Part shown: positions 10,772 to 21,157 of the stretch, in pieces
How positions within the stretch are numbered: position 1 is the first letter of the stretch
How the letters are laid out: every line of letters begins with the position of its first letter
From: an uncultured Nitrospiraceae bacterium
Lineage (GTDB): Bacteria > Nitrospirota > Nitrospiria > Nitrospirales > Nitrospiraceae
Length of the DNA stretch: 64,000 bases
Direction: 5' to 3'
Assembly: GCA_963706325.1 (NCBI GenBank)
Contig: CAVPLT010000004.1
Location: forward strand, 320,001 to 384,000
Translations under genes and position numbers: made by a program
Notes under the pieces: generated by a model
Databases searched by the model: none
The model's input: the letters and a program-made list of their open reading frames with translations, nothing else
What the model was told of the DNA's origin: nothing

Positions 10772-11351
10772 TGTATTTCGCTAACGGGCGAAGGCACTTG
10801 AAGATTTGCAGGTTCTGCCCGTGAATTGGCAGCTGCGTCTGAAGGGGGGTCGAAAGGGCATCAGCGGCGAATCTCCCTCGTCTGGACCGAGGGCGATGCC
10901 TGGCATGCAGTTCAATCAATGAAATTGCAGTTGGTCTTTGTAAACGCATTGATTTCGTCTTTGAGCAGTTCAATTTTTTCTGCCGCGGATACTCTTCCTT
11001 CCTGCTTCAGACTTGCTATTTTTGATCCATCCTAGGGACCTTTGCCACCAATTTCATGCACCGTTCTTTGTTCGCTTGGCGTTGGGCCTGATAGAAAAGA
11101 TCGTGCTGTGCTGCATGGGCCGTTTCCCCTTCGGATGACCCTTTCAGGTGCTACACTGCTTTCGTCAGTTTAATGATGGCCTCAGACGGGTGCAGCTGCA
11201 TCCTGCGAAACTCAGTGTTCTTCCTCCAAGCTATGGGCTCGGACGGATGGTGGGGCCAAGAGTAGGGCTGGGATAAGGAAGTGATCAGAAGCATGGTTAT
11301 CCCTTGAGCCACCGGGACAGTCAGGAGGTATGTCGTTGAGCATAGGAGTGC

Positions 11352-11897
11352 TTACTTCACCACGAAGACTTTGGAATCCTCTCCCGAGGCAGTGGTCACC
11401 GTGAGCATGGTCAGGCCTTGGCGTTTGCCGCTTGGCACGGCGGCGGTGATCTGAGTAGGACTATCCAGCTTGAACCTCGCGGGATAGCCGGGACCGAACG
11501 ACAGTGAGCGCAGGCATTCGGCTGGGCCGAAGTTTCTTCCGGAGATCGTTACCTTGTCCCCGGCTTTGCCTTCATCCGGCATCACGGACTCGATCTTCGG
11601 CGCTTCGCCAAAACAGGCCTGTGCCTGAGCCGCTGTTTCTGCCGAGTTATATTTGGGCGCCGGACCCGTGGGTTTCACGACTGCAGACGATTTGGTTTTC
11701 TGGGTTCCGCTCTTCGCGGCTGATTTCTTTTCGGGAGCTTTCTTTGCCGCGGGCGTCTTGCTCGCTGCGGGCTGCGTTGCCTGCCCCGCCGGCTTCTTGG
11801 CCTCTTCTGCCGCGGCGGCATAGGACATTCCGCCCAGTAATATCAGCCCGATCGCCGTCGCGACCATGACACGTTTGTTGTCTTTCAACCTCTGCAT
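11352..11897 (-). CDS. Exported protein with Lys/Ala-rich linker and IPT/TIG-like domain
   Basis: GGAGG RBS before ATG 11897; signal peptide; PKIESVMPDEGKAGDKVTISGRNFG IPT-type pattern. Confidence 0.7.
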   Translation of the reverse strand: MQRLKDNKRVMVATAIGLILLGGMSYAAAAEEAKKPAGQATQPAASKTPAAKKAPEKKSAAKSGTQKTKSSAVVKPTGPAPKYNSAETAAQAQACFGEAPKIESVMPDEGKAGDKVTISGRNFGPAECLRSLSFGPGYPARFKLDSPTQITAAVPSGKRQGLTMLTVTTASGEDSKVFVVK

Positions 11898-11952
11898 GAC
11901 CGGCCTCCCTGCACATCGTAAAAGATTGCCCACTGACTGAATACCAATCGTC

Positions 11953-13842
11953 TCAGTCTTCAATGGTCGAAATATCGCCTACATCCTGTCCCAATTCCTT
12001 GGCCTTCAGCACGCGACGCATGATCTTGCCGGAGCGTGTTTTCGGCAACGATGAGACAATGTCGATTTCCTGGGGGACGGCGATTTTCCCCAACTCCTTT
12101 AACACCTGATCTTTGAGCCCTTGCACCAGTTCCTTCGAGTCCTGGTAACCCTGCTTCAGAATGACAAAGGCCTTGATTGCTTCCCCGGCGGTGCGATGCG
12201 GTTTGCCGATGACCGCTGCTTCGGCCACGGCCTCATGACTGACAAGCGCGCTTTCGACTTCCGCGGTGCCGATGCGATTGCCGGCTACTTTAATCACGTC
12301 GTCTGCGCGGCCCATGAACCACATATATCCGTCGGGATCTTTTCGGCAGACATCTCCTGCCGTGTAACAGTTGGGAATTGTGTTCCAGTAGACTTTGTAG
12401 CGCTCGGGATCTTTGTAGATCGTCCGCATCATGGACGGCCATGGCTTCTTGATGACGGCAAACCCGCCGGCGTTGCTGGGGAGACTCTTGCCTTCCTTGT
12501 CCACTACGTCGGCCTCAATGCCGAGAAATGGGCGAGTGGCGGAGCCAGGCTTCAGTGGCACGGAGGGGAGGGGCGTGATCAAGATCGAGCCGGTTTCAGT
12601 CTGCCACCAGGTGTCCATGATGGGTTTGTCGCTACCCGTTACGCGATAGAACCATTCCCAGGCTTCCGGATTGATGGGTTCGCCCACGCTTCCGAGAATA
12701 CGGAGGGTAGAGAGATCGTACTTCTTGGGCCAGTCCTCGCCGTATTTCATGAGTAGTCGGATGGCCGTCGGCGTGGTGTAGAAAATTGAGACGCCATAGC
12801 GCTCGATCAGGTCCCACCAACGGCCCGGATTGGGATAGTCTGGCTTGCCTTCGGCCATGAGGATGGTTGCGCCGTTCAGAAGCGGGCCATAGACAATGTA
12901 GCTGTGTCCGGTGACCCAGCCGGGGTCAGCCACGCAGAAATAGACGTCTTCTTCCTTGAGATCGAACACGTATTTTGTCGTGATATAGGTGCCCACCATG
13001 TAGCCGCCGTGGACATGCACCACGCCTTTAGGTTTTCCGGTGGTTCCCGACGTATAGAGAATGTAGAGCGGGGTTTCCGAATCCAGCGGCTCGGCCTGAC
13101 AGACTGCCGCTTGTCCCTTCAACCACTCACGCCAATCGATTTCTTTGGGCTCTGCGAGGGCGACCCCCAGCGATTCACGCCGCACCACCACAATTTTTTC
13201 TACGGAGGGACAGGCTCGCACGGCATCATCGACGACGCTCTTGAGGTTGATGGTTTTCCCGCGATCATATCCGACGTCGGCCGTGATGACGAGGCGCGCT
13301 TCGGCATCTTGAATGCGGCTCGCCAGGGCGGGGGCGCTGAAGCCGGAGTAGATCACGCTGTGAATGACACCGATGCGGGCACAGGCCAGCATGGCGACGA
13401 CTTGTTCGGGAATCTTCGGGAGATAGATGGTGACCCGGTCGCCCTGTTGTAGGCCCAATGCCTTGAGCGCGTTGGCGCAGCGATTCACCTGGCGTAAGAG
13501 TTCTCCATAGGTGAAGATGCGTTCCTCGCCGTTCTCTCCAACCCAGATGATGGCAACTTTATTGCGGCGCCAGGTGTTCGCGTGGCGGTCCAAGCAGTTA
13601 TAGGCGATATTGCAGGTGGCGCCTACGAACCACTTTGCCCAGGGATAGTTCCACTCGAGCACTCGATTCCATGGCGAAAACCAATCGAGTTCCTTGGCCA
13701 CGTCGCTCCAGAACGCTTCCGGATCGGCGATGGAGGCCTTATAGGCTTGGTCGTAATCCTGAATATGCGCCGCCGCTTTCGTTCGAGCGGTCGGCTGTAT
13801 GACGCGACCCTCCTTTACCAGGGTATCGATCTTTTCATCCAT
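11953..13842 (-). CDS. acs: Acetyl-CoA synthetase
   Basis: YILYTSGTTGKPKG, DTWWQTETG, GRADDVIKVAGNRIGTAEVES, LPKTRSGKIMRR; start chosen from GGAGG spacing. Confidence 0.95.
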   Translation of the reverse strand: MDEKIDTLVKEGRVIQPTARTKAAAHIQDYDQAYKASIADPEAFWSDVAKELDWFSPWNRVLEWNYPWAKWFVGATCNIAYNCLDRHANTWRRNKVAIIWVGENGEERIFTYGELLRQVNRCANALKALGLQQGDRVTIYLPKIPEQVVAMLACARIGVIHSVIYSGFSAPALASRIQDAEARLVITADVGYDRGKTINLKSVVDDAVRACPSVEKIVVVRRESLGVALAEPKEIDWREWLKGQAAVCQAEPLDSETPLYILYTSGTTGKPKGVVHVHGGYMVGTYITTKYVFDLKEEDVYFCVADPGWVTGHSYIVYGPLLNGATILMAEGKPDYPNPGRWWDLIERYGVSIFYTTPTAIRLLMKYGEDWPKKYDLSTLRILGSVGEPINPEAWEWFYRVTGSDKPIMDTWWQTETGSILITPLPSVPLKPGSATRPFLGIEADVVDKEGKSLPSNAGGFAVIKKPWPSMMRTIYKDPERYKVYWNTIPNCYTAGDVCRKDPDGYMWFMGRADDVIKVAGNRIGTAEVESALVSHEAVAEAAVIGKPHRTAGEAIKAFVILKQGYQDSKELVQGLKDQVLKELGKIAVPQEIDIVSSLPKTRSGKIMRRVLKAKELGQDVGDISTIED

Positions 13843-14068
13843 GGCTATCATGCCTCCACAAAGCACAGGCCTTTCCTGTGTACCTTCATTGGTCGGTCGC
13901 ATTATGCGGATGGGCGAAAAGAACTGCAACCATTTGTGCGGTACAGTGCCCAAGTCCAAAAGTGACGAAGGCCGCATGGCGCAAGGTGAGGAGTGGCCGG
14001 GCTTTCTTGACAGTCGGGACGGGACGAGGGTAGGCTGAACGAGTCGCACTTCACTGGATTCACGCTCG

Positions 14069-15454
14069 ATGTCATCACTTGTCTCTCCCCCGGTATGTCG
14101 AACCTTCGCTCTCTTTTTTGCTCTCTCTGTTGCTGCAATGTGGGGCGACTCATTCTCAGCCCATGCACAGCTAGGAAAACCAGAGGGACTCTATTACAAG
14201 TCGTGGGCCGTGGTCGTCGGCATTGAAAACTATCTCGTGGCGCCAAAGGCTCCTGGCGCATTGGAAAGCGCGCATGGGGTGGCCGCGGCGTTGAGAGAAC
14301 TCGGTTTCGATGAAGTAATCGAGCTCCAGGACAAGGACGCAAGCTTTAAACGCCTCCTGCAAATTCTCAATGACTATTTACCGCGCAAAGTGGGACGACA
14401 AGATCGAGTAGTATTTTTCTTCGCAGGGCACGCTGGGATCGCACAAGACTCTCAATCCAAAGAGTTGGGCTACTTAGTTCCCTGGGACGCCCCCCTGACT
14501 CATGCCAGCAAAACCATCACACTTGATCATATTAAAGAGTTTAGCCGGCGCTCGGCATCGAAGCACATCCTCCTGCTGTTCGATGCCAATGTTCGAGGAT
14601 GGGAGATCACCGCCTCGCAACCATTATCGTTGGAAGGTCGACTATCACCAGAAGACGACACTGAGAAGCGCGCGGTCCAAGTTCTGACAGCTGCTGAAAA
14701 GGATGAAAAGGTGGCGCACGTTCCTGGGGTGAGCCCATTTGTGGAGGCTGTGGTCGCCGGTCTGAACGGCGCCGCTGATCTCAATAAGAATGGGTGGGTC
14801 ATGGCCAGTGAATTGGCGGCGCAGGTAAGGCAGGACGTAGAGACCGGTACCAAAGGGGCGCAACACCCGCAGTTTGTTCAGTTGGAAGGCGACGGGGATG
14901 TTGTGTTAGTCGAAGGCAAGAAAGGCTTATTTCACCTCGGGAAGGAGCCAACGAGTGAGGCGGACCGCATGAAGGAGGCCCGCACTCAATACGAACAAGC
15001 CTTTGCATTGCTGCAGCAACAAAAGTCGGCGGAGGAGGCTCTGGAGCGACTGAACCGCGCCATCGCCTATGATCCGTCATTCGGGGATGCGTACATTCTG
15101 AAGAGTTATGTTCGCCTGGAAGTCTTGCCCGATTTGGAGGAGGCCTTAGGGGCGGCGCAAGCGGCCGTGCAGTATGCGCCTCAGAATCCGGATTCGCATT
15201 ATTCGCTCGCGCTCGTACTGGAGGCCAAGGCCCGATACCACGATGCCGAGCTGGCTATGCAGCAAGCGCTCACCGTCAATCCGGCCTATGCGGATGTGTA
15301 CTTTTCACTGGGCGTGCTGTATGCGGACCACATGAACGAACCGCAGAAATCGGTTGACGCCTTCCGGCGGTATCTAGAATTAGGAGGGCAGAGCGAGCGT
15401 GCGACCCGCTCCGTGCAAGGCAGCAGTCCCCCTGCTGAGAAGCAAGGCCCTTAG
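14069..15454 (+). CDS. Exported caspase-like (C14) domain protein with C-terminal TPR repeats
   Basis: AVVVGIENY, FFFAGHAG, LLFDAN, GAADLNKNG..ASEL, QHPQF; TPR-like helices in C-terminal third. Confidence 0.75.
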   Translation: MSSLVSPPVCRTFALFFALSVAAMWGDSFSAHAQLGKPEGLYYKSWAVVVGIENYLVAPKAPGALESAHGVAAALRELGFDEVIELQDKDASFKRLLQILNDYLPRKVGRQDRVVFFFAGHAGIAQDSQSKELGYLVPWDAPLTHASKTITLDHIKEFSRRSASKHILLLFDANVRGWEITASQPLSLEGRLSPEDDTEKRAVQVLTAAEKDEKVAHVPGVSPFVEAVVAGLNGAADLNKNGWVMASELAAQVRQDVETGTKGAQHPQFVQLEGDGDVVLVEGKKGLFHLGKEPTSEADRMKEARTQYEQAFALLQQQKSAEEALERLNRAIAYDPSFGDAYILKSYVRLEVLPDLEEALGAAQAAVQYAPQNPDSHYSLALVLEAKARYHDAELAMQQALTVNPAYADVYFSLGVLYADHMNEPQKSVDAFRRYLELGGQSERATRSVQGSSPPAEKQGP

Positions 15455-15856
15455 TCCTTTCCCCCGCCTTTGAGATACCCCAGTCCGATCTTCATTGCCC
15501 GTCTAGTAATTTCTGGCCATCGCACCTGAGGATACTCCGCGAGCACCGCCGCGGCTTTGGGATCTTGGATATCGAGTTGCACGACTTTGATAATCCCGTC
15601 TTCAATTTGAACATCAGCCATGTGCTCATACTCCTTACTGGTAATCCCGGTTCTCTTCGATCAATTGTGACGTCAACAGAATAACCGGTTGTGCGTTGAC
15701 AGTCTTTAGGGTGCATGTTAGCATAAAATCCTGAATTTTCGCGCAATTGTGTGCTCTGTCACAATTGAACTTGACACGCCTGACACCGTCATCTTGCTCT
15801 CGCCGCACGCAACTGAGCCGTCAGCTCTCACATGCGCCACACCAAGGAGGAATCGT

Positions 15857-16423
15857 ATGAGCCGAGTAGAGGGGGCTTTTTCGAGGTTTGCCGGGAGCGC
15901 GCTGGCGCTCATGTTGTTGGTTGGGCTGGCTGCTTGCGGTGGTCCCCCAAACTGGGTCAAAAATGGATCGGGCGCCCTCAATGAGAAGAACGACAAGTCA
16001 TTCTATGGAGTCGGCTCCGTGGTCGGTGTGCGCAATGAGCCGTTGGCGTGGGACACGGCGGAGAACCGCAGCCGCGCAGAAATCGCCAAGACTTTCGAAA
16101 CCTACACCGCCTATCTTATGCGGGACTATGCCGCGTCGACGACCGCGGGTGATTTCTCACGCAATAGCGAAGAACAGAACATCGAACGGGCGGTAAAGAC
16201 CTTCTCGGCAGTGACATTGAACGGGGTGAAGCCCATGGCCAGGTATCATGATGAAAAATCGGGCGCGTACTATGTGCTGACGAAACTGAGCCTCGAAGAC
16301 ATGAAGAACAACCTGGAGCAGGCGAAAGAATTGAACGGCCAGGTTCGCGATTATGTGCGGAAGAATGCCGACCGGTTGTTCGACCGTCTCGAAAAGGAAG
16401 AGGATAAGCGGGCGACCCAGTAA
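15857..16423 (+). CDS. Lipoprotein, LPP20-like
   Basis: RBS AAGGAGG; lipobox LAAC followed by PNWV; AENRSRAEIA. Confidence 0.7.
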   Translation: MSRVEGAFSRFAGSALALMLLVGLAACGGPPNWVKNGSGALNEKNDKSFYGVGSVVGVRNEPLAWDTAENRSRAEIAKTFETYTAYLMRDYAASTTAGDFSRNSEEQNIERAVKTFSAVTLNGVKPMARYHDEKSGAYYVLTKLSLEDMKNNLEQAKELNGQVRDYVRKNADRLFDRLEKEEDKRATQ

Positions 16424-16461
16424 TACGACAACGTTCATCTGTCAGGCCGGGAGGAGATGGC

Positions 16462-17091
16462 ATGATCCAGCAGTGGAAATGTTCGATGGGCCGGGCAGTA
16501 GCCGGTGTACTGTTGGTTGGCGCAGGCGTCGCACCCATCGGCTGCGGGCACGAAACGAAGGTCACCCGTGTCGATACGGGTATCGTCACGGATTTGAGTG
16601 GACGTTGGAACGACACCGATTCCCAAATGGTCGCCGATGCGATGGTCAAAGAAGCATTGGCCAACCCGTGGCTTGGCAACTTTACCAAAGGGAAGAATCG
16701 CGAGCCCGTGGTCATTGTCGGCACGGTGCTGAACAAAAGTCATGAGCATATCAATGTTCAGACATTCGTGAGCGATCTGGAGCGGGAACTCACGAATTCG
16801 CAGAAGGTCAGCTTCGTCGCGGGTAAAGGCGAACGAGAAGAAGTGCGCGACGAGCGGCGCGAACAAGCCGTGCATGCCCGCGAGGATACGCAGAAAGCCC
16901 CGGGTAAGGAGGTGGGCGCCGACTATATGCTGCGGGGGAGCATCGCCACCATTCTGGACGAGCAGGACGGTGCAAAGGCGGTGTTCTATCAGATCGACCT
17001 TGAGATGGTGGATATGGAGAATAATGTGAAGGCATGGTTCGGGCAAAAAAAAATTAAGAAAGTCATCGAAAGAAAACGAACGGTTTTTTAG
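16462..17091 (+). CDS. LpoB-like lipoprotein (penicillin-binding protein activator family)
   Basis: Lipobox-like PIGC; DLSGRWNDTDS, NKSHEHIN, GADYMLRGSI. Confidence 0.75.
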   Translation: MIQQWKCSMGRAVAGVLLVGAGVAPIGCGHETKVTRVDTGIVTDLSGRWNDTDSQMVADAMVKEALANPWLGNFTKGKNREPVVIVGTVLNKSHEHINVQTFVSDLERELTNSQKVSFVAGKGEREEVRDERREQAVHAREDTQKAPGKEVGADYMLRGSIATILDEQDGAKAVFYQIDLEMVDMENNVKAWFGQKKIKKVIERKRTVF

Positions 17092-17105
17092 CCCTGCGTA
17101 TTCTG

Positions 17106-18602
17106 TTGCGACCGCACCTCCCATCGACCACGGCCTCCTTTCAGGGAGGCCGTTTCATTTCGCCCCCTTCTGTGGTTCTCTTCATCATTGGACTGCTCGG
17201 GACGCTCTCCGGTTGTGGCCTTCCCACGAATCATTACCTGCTCATCGACCAGCGTTTGCTGGCGAACGATCCTCGTGGAGCCGATGCCGTCATGGCCAAG
17301 GCTGAGTCTGAGTACGGGTCGCGCAACCGTCTGCTGTACAGCATGGACCGAGGCATGACGCTCCACCTGGCGGGCGACTATGTCCAGAGTAATAGCCAAC
17401 TCGAAAATGCCGCGCTGGAGGTCGAGCGGTTATATACCAGAACCGTCCGGACGGAAACCGCCGGGTTCCTCACGAATGACAACATGTTGCCCTACGAAGG
17501 GGACGCCTATGAACATGTCATGGTCAACGTCATCAAAGCGTTGAATTATGCCGCCATGGGACAACTGATGGAGGCGGTCGTTGAGGCGCGACAGATCGAC
17601 CATCGCCTGAACGTCTTGTCGGACAAGGTGAAGGAAACGAACGGGTATCGCGAGGATGCGTTTGCCCGCTACCTCACCGGCGTATTGTACGAGGCGACAG
17701 GCGACATCAATAACGCCTTCATCGCGTACCGCAAGGCCTACGAGATTTACGATGCCACACGCGCCTGGGCTCGCACTCCCATGCCGTCGATGCTCCATGC
17801 GGATCTGCTTCGGACGACCGAGGCGCTTCACATGACCACCGAGTTCGAGGAGTACCGACGCCAGTTTCCCGAGACTCGCTGGGTCTCCACTCTCGAGCAT
17901 CCTGAGCTCGCTCAACTGGTCGTGATCAGTTATAATGGCCGCGCGCCGCACAAAGAGGATAACTATCTCGACCTTCCGGTTAGCCTGAGCGCGCTTCAAT
18001 TGGTGCTGCTGAATCGGGGCGTCATCCACGCGTCCAATCGGCAGGAGCGGCGGGCGGCGGACAGCGTGTTGTATGGCTTGAACGGACGCGTCGTCCGGGT
18101 GGCACTACCTCGGCTCATCCCCCAAAAGACACAAGTGCTCTATGAAGGTGTGACGTTGATACCGCGAGGCGGTGAGGCGATTTCTGGAAAATCCGAATTA
18201 ATGTACAACGGCACGGCGTTGGCGGAGAAGTCGTTGTCCGATCGGATGCCGGGTATTACAACGAAGGCACTGGCTCGAGCAGCCATCAAGTTTGCGGCTG
18301 CAGAGGGCGCGACACGCGGAGCACAGCACGCCGTGAATAAAGGTGATGCGCAGTGGGTTGGCCTTATCGTGGGACTGCTCGCTCATGGGCTGACCATCGC
18401 ATCGGAAGAGGCTGACAAACGCAGCTGGCGAACCCTGCCCGATGAAATTCAGATTTCGCGCCTGTGGGTGCCGGCGGGCGAATATGAGACCCGGACTCAG
18501 ACCGTGACTCGGACCGGTGGCGCGCCGCGCACCGTCGATACACGTCCGCTGGTCCTACGCGCGGGTCAGACCCTATTTGTGATCGAGCGGGTGGTGCTAT
18601 GA
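17106..18602 (+). CDS. Lipoprotein, COG3014-like
   Basis: Lipobox LSGC; YEGDAYE..VNVIKALNY, EEADKRSWRTLP; located next to the lpoB-like gene. Confidence 0.7.
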   Translation: MRPHLPSTTASFQGGRFISPPSVVLFIIGLLGTLSGCGLPTNHYLLIDQRLLANDPRGADAVMAKAESEYGSRNRLLYSMDRGMTLHLAGDYVQSNSQLENAALEVERLYTRTVRTETAGFLTNDNMLPYEGDAYEHVMVNVIKALNYAAMGQLMEAVVEARQIDHRLNVLSDKVKETNGYREDAFARYLTGVLYEATGDINNAFIAYRKAYEIYDATRAWARTPMPSMLHADLLRTTEALHMTTEFEEYRRQFPETRWVSTLEHPELAQLVVISYNGRAPHKEDNYLDLPVSLSALQLVLLNRGVIHASNRQERRAADSVLYGLNGRVVRVALPRLIPQKTQVLYEGVTLIPRGGEAISGKSELMYNGTALAEKSLSDRMPGITTKALARAAIKFAAAEGATRGAQHAVNKGDAQWVGLIVGLLAHGLTIASEEADKRSWRTLPDEIQISRLWVPAGEYETRTQTVTRTGGAPRTVDTRPLVLRAGQTLFVIERVVL

Positions 18603-19741
18603 CCCCGGGTCATGCGCTTGCGGGAAGTCGTCTGGCACATGGATGGGTGTTAGTCTTCATCGCGCTGGCTCTCGCCGGGTGCGGATGGTTGGCCGGGCCT
18701 TCGCGTCCCCTCTGGATCGATGGCAGGGGCGATCAGTTTCCTTCTGCGCAATTTCTGTTGGGCATTGGCCAAGCCGATTCCCGCCCACACGCCACCGAGC
18801 AGGCCTATGCCGCCGTGTCCAGGATTTTCAAGGCGGAGATTACGGCGCAAGCCAAAGACTGGGAATCCTACCTGGTCGTGGAAACCCGCGGCCGTTCACG
18901 CACAGAGCATCGATTGACCTTAGACAATGTGACTCGCGTCACCACGGATAAGGTGCTGGAAAACGTACAGGTACTCGACACATGGTTTGACCGCAAGACG
19001 CGACAGTACTATGCTCTGGCAGGCATGAACCGGGCACAGGCGGAATCGGCGATGGTTGAACGCCTCGCTGAACTGGATCATACGATTCAGACCGAACTCA
19101 CGGAAGCACATCAGACTGCAGACAAGCTGACCCACGTCCGAAATCTCAAACGTGCAACGAAACATCTTGTACTGCGTGAGGCTTACAATGCGGATCTTCG
19201 CGTCATCCGGTCGAGCGGTCAGGGTGATCCCGCTGTCTATCGCGTGGCCGAATTGACCGCGGAATTGGAGCAGTTCTTAGCCGCGAATCTCGGCTTGGCC
19301 GTGGAGATGTCCGGTGATCAGGCGGATCCGGTCGAGCGGGCGCTCATCGATGGGCTGACCAAAGAAGGGTTCGTGGTGGTCGAGAGGGGCGCTGGTTCAA
19401 GTGCCGTTCCTGTGGAATTGTTGATCAAGGGGACGGTGAGGCTGTGGCCCATTGACGCGCATGATCCGCAGTTTCGATACGTGCGATGGTGCACGGACGC
19501 GGTGGTTGAAGACCTGTCCTTGCATCGAGTGATCGGCGCCGTCTCGAAGGGCGGGAGGGAAGGCCATGTGACGGAGCGCGAAGCAGCGGCGAAAGCGGTG
19601 CGAATCATGCAGCAGGAATTTTCTTCCGATCTCGCACGGTCCGTGGCCGCCCATGTCTATGGCGACAGGGACCTGCCGATTTTGGATTCCGTGCAATCCG
19701 GTTGTCCGCGGGAGGCGGCTGTGCCGCCATCGAATCATTAG
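18599..19741 (+). CDS. Lipoprotein, LPP20-like
   Basis: Lipobox LAGC, PLWIDG, FLLGIG; ATGA coupling to previous gene. Confidence 0.65.
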   Translation: MTPGHALAGSRLAHGWVLVFIALALAGCGWLAGPSRPLWIDGRGDQFPSAQFLLGIGQADSRPHATEQAYAAVSRIFKAEITAQAKDWESYLVVETRGRSRTEHRLTLDNVTRVTTDKVLENVQVLDTWFDRKTRQYYALAGMNRAQAESAMVERLAELDHTIQTELTEAHQTADKLTHVRNLKRATKHLVLREAYNADLRVIRSSGQGDPAVYRVAELTAELEQFLAANLGLAVEMSGDQADPVERALIDGLTKEGFVVVERGAGSSAVPVELLIKGTVRLWPIDAHDPQFRYVRWCTDAVVEDLSLHRVIGAVSKGGREGHVTEREAAAKAVRIMQQEFSSDLARSVAAHVYGDRDLPILDSVQSGCPREAAVPPSNH

Positions 19742-19771
19742 GGTCGGAGTCAATCACAGAGAGGAGAGGGG

Positions 19772-20020
19772 ATGCGTAAAACAGGGACCGGAAAGGATAC
19801 CGATCAAGGCAGCGGCGGACACCGCTTATCCAGCCAAGCGATGAAAAAACGTCTGAGAGAACGTCTCGCTGCAGATACGCAACGCGTGCTTCACAGCGAC
19901 ATCGTGAGCATCTTTCGCAAGCAGGGGTACTATGAGGAGTTGCCGCTGGATGAATTACAGGACCGGCTCTCCAAGCTCCAATCGCCGTTGGCCGCCAGTC
20001 TTTTGAAGGGAAGGGTGTAG
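19772..20020 (+). CDS. Small protein, putative antitoxin partner of downstream PIN protein
   Basis: 82 aa ORF with RBS, ending 1 nt before the PIN-domain gene. Confidence 0.5.
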   Translation: MRKTGTGKDTDQGSGGHRLSSQAMKKRLRERLAADTQRVLHSDIVSIFRKQGYYEELPLDELQDRLSKLQSPLAASLLKGRV

Positions 20021-20021
20021 G

Positions 20022-20468
20022 ATGCCGTACTACTATTTTGATTCGACTGCGCTCGTGAAGCGGTACAGCATGGAGCGGGGGACGCGCGTCGTCAACAAGC
20101 TCATGGTGAAACGCGGGAAAGTGGCGATCGTGCCCATGTGGAGCGTCGCCGATTTTTATTCCGCCCTCTCGGTTCGCGCGCAGCAGGGAGAAATCACCCG
20201 AGACGATTGTTATTCGGTGCTCTACAAGTTCGAAATGGAAGCCGCGCAAGGGCTGTTTCAGTTTATCTCCCCGACGATGGAAACCTACTTGTCGTCGAAG
20301 GAACTGATCCTTGATTATCCGGCGTTACGCTCGATCCAGTTGCAGCACCTGGCTCTGGCGTTGGAGCTCAAGCCCCTGCGTTTGACGGTGGTCAGCGCCG
20401 ATAAGCAGTTGCTGGCGGCCTGCCGCCCCGCCGGGTTGCATATCATTAACCCGGAAGACGATAACTGA
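20022..20468 (+). CDS. VapC-like PIN-domain protein
   Basis: YYFDSTALVKRY..E.GT, HLALA, VSADKQL, IINPE. Confidence 0.8.
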   Translation: MPYYYFDSTALVKRYSMERGTRVVNKLMVKRGKVAIVPMWSVADFYSALSVRAQQGEITRDDCYSVLYKFEMEAAQGLFQFISPTMETYLSSKELILDYPALRSIQLQHLALALELKPLRLTVVSADKQLLAACRPAGLHIINPEDDN

Positions 20469-20557
20469 GATTATTGGCTACGCTATCCCATATCGAGGAT
20501 GTTCTAAAAGGCGTCCCGCGGGCGTGAAAAAGAAGCCGTAGGTCTTGTTCCCTCGAG

Positions 20558-21157
20558 TTATGCCGGGCATTGGAACTCAGCCCGCATCGAGCTGAGTATA
20601 ATCGTCCAATCTTCCGCGGACTGCTGAACAGGCTTTAGTCGCGGGTGCGTGGCGCTTTTCTGAACCGCGTCATCCGTTTGCTCCAGCCCTGCCTGCGCGT
20701 GGTTCAATTCGAGCTGCGCAAGCTGAAGACTGCCGCACACGCCGGCCGAAGCGGGTAATTCTCCGCCGGCTCGGCGGAACAATGCAACGGCCCGATAGCC
20801 ATGCTCCTGGGAGCGGTACAGATGTTCGGTTGCCGTAAATACTTGCTTTGAAGCCGTGTCTGTCTGGCGTTTTGCCAACCGCGCCGCCATCATGGCCGCG
20901 CGTCCCATGCTCATGGCCGCACCTTCCGCATCCTCATGACCCATGGCCTCTTCTGCTTTTGTTCTGAGTCGGTCGAGTTCCGCCTCCTCCCCCATCACCT
21001 GTGCCTGAGCGGGGAGCGCGAAACAGGCACAAAGCACCATGACGCAAACAAGGGCGATGAGGAGACGGGCGAGGATGTGTGATTCGCCGTGTTCGGCAGG
21101 GTGGGGAGCGAGGGCTATTGGACATACTCCCAGGTGTCGATTTGCTTGATACTCCAA
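20558..21157 (-). CDS. Hypothetical exported helical protein (start uncertain)
   Basis: Signal-peptide-like segment ending AQA; ORF follows the HEAT protein. Confidence 0.6.
   Translation of the reverse strand: MEYQANRHLGVCPIALAPHPAEHGESHILARLLIALVCVMVLCACFALPAQAQVMGEEAELDRLRTKAEEAMGHEDAEGAAMSMGRAAMMAARLAKRQTDTASKQVFTATEHLYRSQEHGYRAVALFRRAGGELPASAGVCGSLQLAQLELNHAQAGLEQTDDAVQKSATHPRLKPVQQSAEDWTIILSSMRAEFQCPA

Noticed and set aside
13843..14049. N-terminal extension of acs in the ORF track
   Set aside because: Non-conserved-looking sequence; RBS supports start at 13842
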